Source: a virus
Lineage: Duplodnaviria; Heunggongvirae; Uroviricota; Caudoviricetes
DNA: 23,664 nucleotides
Strand: one strand, 5' to 3'
Virus record (IMG/VR): IMGVR_UViG_2663763326_000004
Span: 1 to 23,664 of that record
Shown here one piece after another: positions 17,858 through 23,664 of the stretch (the first letter of the stretch is position 1; each line of letters opens with the position of its first letter). The notes under the pieces were generated by a model. That model ran no database searches. It was not told the origin of the DNA and saw only the letters and a program-made list of their open reading frames with translations. The position numbers were made by a program, and so were the translations under genes.

Positions 17858-18205
17858 TCAACTCACAGGGATGGTTAACGAAAGTGGCTGGCCGGTGTCG
17901 TTGTGCTGGCCGGTTAGCGTAACTGTCATTCGCCCGTCAAAGCTGCGCGCCGTGGTGACGGATGACAGGGTGACGCGGGGTTCCCATTTCAGCACCGCCA
18001 TGTAACAGGCGACCTTAATCTGCAACTCAAGCGCCGGGGTCTGCGGCTGGTCAATCATTGATGCCAGCAATGAGCCGTAATCACGACGCATCACCCGTGA
18101 GCCGACCGGCGTGCGCAGGATATCGCCGATACTCTGGCTGATATGCTCAAGGTCAGTGACAGTCAGGCCATCACTGCGATTCATTCCGAGATAACGTGCT
18201 GTCAT
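17858..18205 (-). CDS. W: Baseplate assembly protein W (115 aa)
   Basis: The ORF 17858..18298 contains MTARYLGMNRSDGLTVTDLEHISQSIGDILRTPVG starting at the internal ATG at 18205. The upstream 31 codons overlap V and are not part of W. Confidence 0.85.
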   Translation of the reverse strand: MTARYLGMNRSDGLTVTDLEHISQSIGDILRTPVGSRVMRRDYGSLLASMIDQPQTPALELQIKVACYMAVLKWEPRVTLSSVTTARSFDGRMTVTLTGQHNDTGQPLSLTIPVS

Positions 18206-18836
18206 AGAGGACTCCCGGTTGTGCCGCCGCTGTCGCCGGGTGTTTATGGGTATGCAGTACCTTACCGTTTGATGAGAGTTCACCGCCGGTGTGTTCAATG
18301 TTGCCGCGCATCGTCCCGCCCTTCTGCACTTCCAGCGTGCCGGTAGTCAGCTTGTTTGTGCAGACCACCTCCGGCGTGTCCAGGGTGACACGGGTTGACG
18401 CTTTCACCGTGACCACCGGTACCGTGGCAGTAACAGAATCAGAAGCCGTCACGCTGGCCGTTTTAATTCCGCTTACCGTGAGTGCACTGGTTTCGGGTTC
18501 ATACTCAATCACCGCCCCGTCAGAGAAACGGATATGCAGGGCATCAGCCGACGCAGACGGCGCAGGGTTATCGCCGGAATAAATCCCCGGCAGAACGAAC
18601 GCCGTGTCGAGTTCACCGCCCACGGCCAGAATCAGCACCTGTTCCCCCACGGAAGGTGCCCACCATGTGCGCGAACGACCGGCGCGCTGGGTCAGCCACT
18701 GCAGCCAGTCGGTGCACATGCCGCCGGTCTGCACACGGCAGCGACCGGCGTTAAGGTCGGTTTCGACGACAAGGCCGGTGCGGATCATGTTGCGCAGTGC
18801 GCGCGCGAGTTCCTGAATATTTGCGAGAGTGTTCAT
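18171..18836 (-). CDS. V: Baseplate spike/assembly protein V with an altered, extended C-terminus
   Basis: Starts MNTLANIQELARALRNMIRTGLVVETDLNAGRCRVQTGG. After ...KVLHTHKHP the reading frame differs from the frame that would end ...GDSGGTTGSPL at a stop overlapping the W start. A 1-nt deletion in a G-run near plus 18236..18240 explains this. Confidence 0.8.
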   Translation of the reverse strand: MNTLANIQELARALRNMIRTGLVVETDLNAGRCRVQTGGMCTDWLQWLTQRAGRSRTWWAPSVGEQVLILAVGGELDTAFVLPGIYSGDNPAPSASADALHIRFSDGAVIEYEPETSALTVSGIKTASVTASDSVTATVPVVTVKASTRVTLDTPEVVCTNKLTTGTLEVQKGGTMRGNIEHTGGELSSNGKVLHTHKHPATAAAQPGVLYDSTLSRNESQ

Positions 18837-18902
18837 AACGGGAAGGATGCCGCCGGGTCATACCGGCGGCAATGTGACGATGAGGTGTCGGGAATGGCAC
18901 AA

Positions 18903-19354
18903 CTAACGGTCGAGGTGAGCCAGGATAATCTCTTCAATCATCTGCACATCCTCACCGGTAAAGCCGAGCAGAGGACGCGCCGGATAATCAATTTTCTTAC
19001 CGTCTTTCCGGGTTTCTTCCGACAGACCGAACTGATGCACACTGGCGATTTTCGGCGACTTCCCGCCGTAAAATTCCATTGATGCCTGCTCCGGGCTGGC
19101 GCGGATATGCAAAAAACGACTGGTGATAAGTTTCGCAAACATTTTTCGCTTAACGCGACGGTCTTTTTTCTGGCGCTCTGCTGCTGGCGTGGCGCATAGG
19201 GTGTGCCGTCCGGGGCTTTCTGTGTCATCACCCGACGCTGCTGACTCTGCCGCAGGCGTTTCGCCAGTTCGGCACTCAGTCGCCGACGCCCTGACGGTGA
19301 CAGCGACTCAATAAGTCCGGTCAGCCGGTCTTCAAAACGCTTAAACTCATTCAT
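18903..19354 (-). pseudogene. S: Tail completion protein S, frameshifted
   Basis: The N-terminal part (MNEFKRFEDRLTGLIESLSPSGRRRL...RQQQSARKKT) is in ORF 18938..19354 and the C-terminal part (MFAKLITSRFLHIRASPEQ...AHLDR) is in the overlapping ORF 18903..19142 in a different frame. The span is 452 nt, one short of the 453 nt needed for a 150-aa protein, which implies a single 1-nt deletion near plus 19155..19160. Confidence 0.75.
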
Positions 19355-19814
19355 CCCACTTGCTCACCAGTTCGCCATTGATATACAGCTCCATCGGGCG
19401 GGTAACCGGCTCCGGCGGCGGAGGTTCCGGGATATTCTTCACATGCAGCGCGCCGTCCACCTCACTGACCAGCGTGCGCTCGGTCAGCATCAGGCTGATG
19501 CTGATATCAAAGCTGCTGTCATTGTTGATGTCTGCATAAAACGTGAAGCCCTTTTTCTGGCCTGCGTCGGTGGTCATGATGTCGGGCTGATTTTCCCGCA
19601 GCCACGCCAGCACCGGCACGATGAGCAGGTCAAAATCACCGGTAAAGTCGGTCACAATGACATTGAGCGTGTAACGCTTTTCGAATGACAACGACGCCGC
19701 CAGTGTGGAGGCAATACTCCCGTTATCCACGAATATCCGCAGCATATCGGGGTTAGTTTTCAGCACCGTGACGGCATCAGTCAGCGCCCTGCGCAGGCTG
19801 TCGGGTTTGAGCAT
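19347..19814 (-). CDS. R: Tail completion protein R (155 aa)
   Basis: 155 aa starting MLKPDSLRRALTDAVTVLKTNPDMLRIFVDNGSIAS, between lysC and S. Confidence 0.85.
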   Translation of the reverse strand: MLKPDSLRRALTDAVTVLKTNPDMLRIFVDNGSIASTLAASLSFEKRYTLNVIVTDFTGDFDLLIVPVLAWLRENQPDIMTTDAGQKKGFTFYADINNDSSFDISISLMLTERTLVSEVDGALHVKNIPEPPPPEPVTRPMELYINGELVSKWDE

Positions 19815-20067
19815 CGTTTTCGTCCTGACAGTGTTTAATCATTTTTACCTGGCTGGCACAGCGTGCCAGCGCGTTCTCAAGTTGCCGGATATCGGCACTT
19901 AAATCGCCGTTCGTCTCCGGGTCACTGCCCGGTATCGGGCAAAGACTCACTTTCGGGCAGGCGTTGTGGACAATCACTGGCGTCGGTGCAGGCGGGGCGC
20001 TGGTGCAACCGGCGCACAGCATCAGGCAGGTCAGCACCGTACCAGCGGCGAAAATCTTCGTTTTCAT
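19777..20067 (-). CDS. lysC: Rz1-like outer-membrane spanin lipoprotein LysC (96 aa), embedded in the lysB/R overlap
   Basis: An internal start within ORF 19777..20184 gives MKTKIFAAGTVLTCLMLCAGC, a signal peptide with a lipobox (LCAGC), followed by a Pro-rich segment. It is in a different frame from lysB and runs into R. Confidence 0.7.
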   Translation of the reverse strand: MKTKIFAAGTVLTCLMLCAGCTSAPPAPTPVIVHNACPKVSLCPIPGSDPETNGDLSADIRQLENALARCASQVKMIKHCQDENDAQTRQPAQGAD

Positions 20068-20347
20068 TAAGTAACCTCGTGATGGTTTTCTCGCGCTGTG
20101 CTTCACGCTTCGCGGCGTTCTCCAGTTCCTGACGCAGTGCCACCTGCGCCAGCTCGTTTTTGTCTGCCCTGGTGAGGGCAACATGAAGCTGATTTTTCAG
20201 CATGGTGATGGTCGCCTGCTGCCCACTGGCGACGTTGTTCGCCCTGTCCAGCGAGGCGCGCAGGCTGGCGTTTTCATGCTTCACCAGAAACAGCGCCGCC
20301 ACCGCCAGTGATAACAACACAACCAGCACAATCATCAGCTTTGACAT
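19922..20347 (-). CDS. lysB: Rz-like inner-membrane spanin LysB (141 aa)
   Basis: N-terminal transmembrane helix (MSKLMIVLVVLLSLAVAALFLV) followed by a coiled-coil periplasmic domain. Confidence 0.85.
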   Translation of the reverse strand: MSKLMIVLVVLLSLAVAALFLVKHENASLRASLDRANNVASGQQATITMLKNQLHVALTRADKNELAQVALRQELENAAKREAQREKTITRLLNENEDFRRWYGADLPDAVRRLHQRPACTDASDCPQRLPESESLPDTGQ

Positions 20348-20759
20348 AATTCCCGCCCCTCAAGACGCTGACGACAGGCTTTACGTATCAGCCGGAAAAA
20401 CAGCGATGCCACGAGATAAATCAGCGCGGTAAAAATCCACCCGGCGGCAACCAGCGAGATAAACGTCGCCACCATCACCACCAGAGCTGCTGCCCGTCTG
20501 TGCCACGGCACCGGCTGCAAAAACAGCGACGTGACAATCTTCACGGCCAGCGATTCCGGCGGCAGCCCCGCCCGTAGCGTTCCAGTACATACTCTGTGGC
20601 ATACACGCCGACACCGCCGGCAACCACACAGATAACCGTCGCCAGAATCGCCCAGGCGGCGACAAAATTGACGGCCACGCTCTGCGGGTAAATCAGGGAC
20701 AGTGCCAGCATCAGCGCCAGCGACACGTTCAGCATCAGTGAAAGGGATAATTTCTTCAT
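20335..20759 (-). pseudogene. lysA: Lysis regulator/membrane protein LysA, frameshifted
   Basis: The N-terminal hydrophobic part (MKKLSLSLMLNVSLALMLALSLIYPQS...) is in ORF 20541..20759 and the C-terminal hydrophobic part (...PVPWHRRAAALVVMVATFISLVAAGWIF...) is in the frame of ORF 20335..20931. The span is 425 nt, one short of 426 nt for 141 aa, with the deletion in a G-run near plus 20566..20570. Confidence 0.7.
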
Positions 20760-20773
20760 GGTGTTTACTCCGT

Positions 20774-21271
20774 TTAAGCCGGTACGCCGCCAGCGGTACG
20801 CCAGACGGTGACCAGTTTTTCCAGTGAATGCTCACGCTGACCGTAACCGGCTCCCGGCAGGGACGCCCAGATATTGCGACAGCGTGAAATGGCGCGCTCA
20901 ATGCGTCCCGCCCGGATGTCATCCAGTGCACCGCGTTCGCGGATCAACTGAATGGCGAGTCTGTCCTGTGACAACGGACTGAAATCCGGCAGGGCAAGCT
21001 GTTTGCGGTAATGCGGCCAGAACAGGTAAAGCTGCTGATAGCGACCGGAGGCCGTGGATTTTTCACCACGACGGTTAAACACCTTCGCCGGTCGGCCATG
21101 CGCGAACGGGTGGTCACTGTAGTCGGTGAAAATTTCCGGCTTTCCGTCCACTCCGGTGACTATCACGTCATAGCCCCGGTTTTTCGTCAGCGGATGGTTC
21201 GCCGTCCCTTCGGACACAGCCAGCATGTCGAGAAAGGCCGCGATATTCTGATGCGTGTTAATTACCGGCAT
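20774..21271 (-). CDS. K: Endolysin K (lysozyme-like, 165 aa)
   Basis: Internal start MPVINTHQNIAAFLDMLAVSEGTANHPLTKNRGYDVIVTG within ORF 20774..21316. Matches P2 gpK. Confidence 0.85.
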   Translation of the reverse strand: MPVINTHQNIAAFLDMLAVSEGTANHPLTKNRGYDVIVTGVDGKPEIFTDYSDHPFAHGRPAKVFNRRGEKSTASGRYQQLYLFWPHYRKQLALPDFSPLSQDRLAIQLIRERGALDDIRAGRIERAISRCRNIWASLPGAGYGQREHSLEKLVTVWRTAGGVPA

Positions 21272-21551
21272 TACGGTTTCCCCTGCCCTTAAAACGGCGC
21301 TGAATGGCAATCTCAATCACCTGATAACCGGCGATACCCAGCATGGAGCCGATGCCGCACACCGCAGGCAGTGACAGGTCAGGAAACTGCACCAGAACAA
21401 CACCGGCAACCATCGAGACAAAACCACCGAGCAACATGCGCCCGATAAACAGACGCGGGGTGATGGGTTCACCACCGGCAAGCACCTTGCCGACAACAAT
21501 CAGCACCCCAATCATGAAAAGCGACAGGACGCTTTTTTCTTCTGCTGTCAT
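21258..21551 (-). CDS. Y: Holin Y, with a probable C-terminal frameshift
   Basis: Hydrophobic membrane protein starting MTAEEKSVLSLFMIGVLIVVGKVLAGG. It reads 97 aa here, against about 93 aa expected. Adding one G to the run near plus 21279..21282 would end it ...GRGKP at a TAA overlapping the K start (TAATG). Confidence 0.75.
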   Translation of the reverse strand: MTAEEKSVLSLFMIGVLIVVGKVLAGGEPITPRLFIGRMLLGGFVSMVAGVVLVQFPDLSLPAVCGIGSMLGIAGYQVIEIAIQRRFKGRGNRNAGN

Positions 21552-21554
21552 GCG

Positions 21555-21758
21555 TTACTCCCACAGATTGACAGTTTCAGCCACGGGCGCGGTCTGAACG
21601 TCGGGCAGTTCGACGGCGGTGCCGTGCGGCAGCACCGCACCCAGTTCAGCCAGTCCCGGATTTGCGGCGAGCACAGTCTCGACCACGCCCTCAGTGCGCC
21701 CGTAATACCGGACACAAATGGCGTCGAGCGTGTCGCCCTGTAGCGCAAAGGTCTTCAT
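21555..21758 (-). CDS. X: Tail protein X (67 aa)
   Basis: Internal start MKTFALQGDTLDAICVRYYGRTEGVVETVLAANPGL within ORF 21555..21827. Confidence 0.85.
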   Translation of the reverse strand: MKTFALQGDTLDAICVRYYGRTEGVVETVLAANPGLAELGAVLPHGTAVELPDVQTAPVAETVNLWE

Positions 21759-22266
21759 CAGATTTGACTCACGATGCAGCGTGGCTTGTCCTGGATGCGC
21801 GCCACTGCCCAGCGCATATCCCGCCACAGTTCATCAATGGTGCTGTCAATGCTGTCGGCCTTCTTGTCGCCTTTCGCACTGGCATCCACGCCGCGATAAC
21901 GCTCATAAAGCGACGCGGTCGCCATCGCACACACGGCGCGCTCGTAGTAAAAAACTTTGATACTTTCACCGTCGATGTCGTCCGCCGGAACGTCCGCCAG
22001 ACGCGTAAAACCGGCGGCAATTTTCTGTTCGCGGTACTCGTACAGCTCCGCATTTGTTTCCGCCATGCCTGACTTGATGGCCTCACGCAGACGGGCGGGG
22101 CGACGGTCTGCTCAAGGCGCATACGTTCCCGGACGCGCTTCGGGTCGATATCGGGAAAAAAGAACGTGTTTTTAATCACCGGCTCGTCGCCTGCCGGTTG
22201 CGGGATGACCACCGTACCCTCACCGGACACGGGAGCCTCCTTTCGCGGAATAATCAGCGTCATCAT
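21758..22266 (-). pseudogene. L: Head completion protein L, frameshifted
   Basis: The N-terminal part (MMTLIIPRKEAPVSGEGTVVIPQPAGDEPVIKNTFFFPDIDPKRVRERMRLEQTVAP) is in one frame and the rest (MAETNAELYEYREQKIAAGFTRLADVP...) is in ORF 21758..22066. The span is 509 nt, one short of 510 nt for 169 aa, with the deletion near plus 22093..22100. Confidence 0.75.
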
Positions 22267-22363
22267 GACTACCTCTGAAAAGTCGGGCGGTGGACGCCGT
22301 GCAGTGTCAGGTGATTCCACCTCACTGACCGGCGTGCCGCCCTGGCGCGGGCGCATTCGGTTG

Positions 22364-23096
22364 TTAACTGGCTTTCTTTTCGGGCGTCCACGTTTTGCCG
22401 GTGTCCACGCTCCGGGTCTTACGCGGGGTACGGGTGCCGCTTTTGGCTGCGGCTCCGGCTTCGTTTCAGCTCCCGCTCAGTCGTTCAATCTCTTTTTGAC
22501 GCCTGCCTGACAGTCGAGCTGTGTCGCACGTTGCAGATGCGCCAGCGCCCTGCGGCATCACCAGCGTCACGCAGAAACAGACCGGTGATTTTGTGCAGCT
22601 TTGCGCGCACTTCATCAGGCATGTCAGCTGTGGCGGTCAGTTCAAGGGTGTCCGTCAGCAGGCGGGGATCCACAGACTCACCGCAGCGTGGGCGCGCATG
22701 GCCGCGAGCGCGACCTCCTCGGTGAACATGTACGGCGGGGTACGGCGGTGTTTACCCGGCATGGTCAGACCGTACTTCAGGGCATAACGGGCAATCTCCA
22801 GCGCACCGCAATATCGCCGGTATCCAGACGCCACAGCATGACCGTCATCAGAATGTCATCCTGTGCGCCTTTGCCCTGCTCCAGCACGCCGTTCACCCAC
22901 GGCAACCAGAACGGCAGCAGTTCGCGCTTTTTCGCGGCCTTCAGCTCTTTTGAATAAATCGCTTTCAGTGTGCGCTGGTCTGCGGCCAGCTTGACCAGCA
23001 TCTGCTCATAGACAGTTGCATGTCGCAGCGGCGGCTTCCCGCTGCGCGGTCATCGCTGCCGAGACCGCATCATGTGGCGCTGTGCGGGACTCGTCA
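22364..23096 (-). pseudogene. M: Terminase small (endonuclease) subunit M, multiply frameshifted
   Basis: Recognisable segments (MTSPAQRHMM; MLVKLAADQRTLKAIYSKELKAAKKRELLPFWLPWVNGVL; PYMFTEEVALAAMRAHAA; LLTDTLELTATADMPDEVRAKLHKITGLFLRD) lie in different frames. At least four 1-nt deletions in G-runs are placed near plus 22548, 22682, 22805 and 23065. The end coordinate is approximate. Confidence 0.65.
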
Positions 23097-23125
23097 TCGG
23101 TTACGCTCCCGGCTCTGCGGTCGCC

Positions 23126-23664
23126 TTAGCCGTGTGTGGAGAAGTCACCGACCTTAATTTTTTCCACCAGACAACCGGCGGCGTAGTCTTCCACCACGTA
23201 ATCAATGTTCATTGACTCGTAGTTCTCCACGCGATCAAGTTTCGGGTTTTCCTCAATCACGCGGCGATGGCTGTCATCCATGTAGTAGATGGACAGGTTT
23301 TCCAGCTTCGTGATGAGCATCGCATCCCCGGGAAGTACGGAACACGTACCGCCGGCAGATTACCGATGCGTTTCTGGCTGATGATGACGTCAGCGGCCAG
23401 CATTTCGCTGTTGTCCTGCTCCTTGTTGACGATGGGGAAATACTTGTCTGCCAGTAGCTGACGTCCCACAATCACCACAAGGTCAGGGTCTTCCTGATAC
23501 CACGGCTCAATCAGGTTGTTGGTCGCATCCATCACCAGTGCATCAAGGCTGGCATAATCACCGCCCTTGCCCACGCGGATAACCTCAGAGGTGGTGTGGC
23601 CTTCCTCGTCAGTGACCTTGCTCATCACGCGCGCCGGGGCTTCATTGCGGTATTTCTGCAGCCG
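23126..23664 (-). pseudogene. N: Major capsid protein N, 3' portion (gene continues beyond the window), frameshifted
   Basis: ORF 23257..23628 (...GRQLLADKYFPIVNKEQDNSEMLAADVIISQKRIGNLPAVRVPYFPG) and ORF 23126..23320 (MLITKLENLSIYYMDDSHRRVIEENPKLDRVENYESMNIDYVVEDYAAGCLVEKIKVGDFS) are consecutive parts of one protein in different frames. The shift is at a G-run near plus 23325..23331. Confidence 0.7.

Noticed and set aside
17858-18298. 146-aa extended ORF as gene W
   Set aside because: The N-terminal 31 codons overlap the end of V in another frame. W starts at the internal ATG at 18205.
18289-19082. Plus-strand ORFs (70-182 aa) across V and S
   Set aside because: They are antisense to phage genes and have Arg/Pro/Ala-rich low-complexity translations.
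20335-20931. 198-aa ORF as a single gene
   Set aside because: Only its C-terminal third is in the lysA frame. The N-terminal two-thirds is an out-of-frame read-through across the end of K and the start of lysA.
21769-22356. 195-aa ORF as an intact L gene
   Set aside because: Its first 30 codons precede the L start, and after ...EQTVAP the translation is out of frame. L is split by a 1-nt deletion, not encoded as this ORF.

Overview
This window is the late-gene region of a P2-like (Peduovirus-type) prophage from an enterobacterial genome, read in reverse, so almost every gene is on the minus strand. From right to left the order is capsid N (partial), M, L, X, Y, K, lysA, lysB/lysC, R, S, V, W, J, I, H, G, then a cargo island, then FI, FII, E/E+E', T, U, D and ogr. 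Three things stand out. (1) Between G and FI, at the position where P2 carries its non-essential Z/fun gene, there is an AT-rich island carrying a translationally coupled two-gene operon: an ABC/SMC-like ATPase (414 aa) followed by a DUF4435/TOPRIM-like protein (285 aa). This is the architecture of PARIS-type (AriA/AriB) and OLD-family anti-phage systems, and it is the best candidate for the system of interest. (2) An IS21-family element (istA/istB) is inserted in the essential tail gene D. (3) Genes V, S, lysA, Y, L, M and N each carry single-nucleotide deletions in G/C homopolymer runs, while the long genes T and H and the ORFs I could check by length from 619 to 18,200 are intact. Together these suggest a defective prophage that still carries an intact defence cargo, although sequencing error cannot be excluded for the frameshifts. 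Gene identities and canonical P2 protein lengths are recalled from memory, not from a database search. No rRNA, tRNA or CRISPR array was seen.
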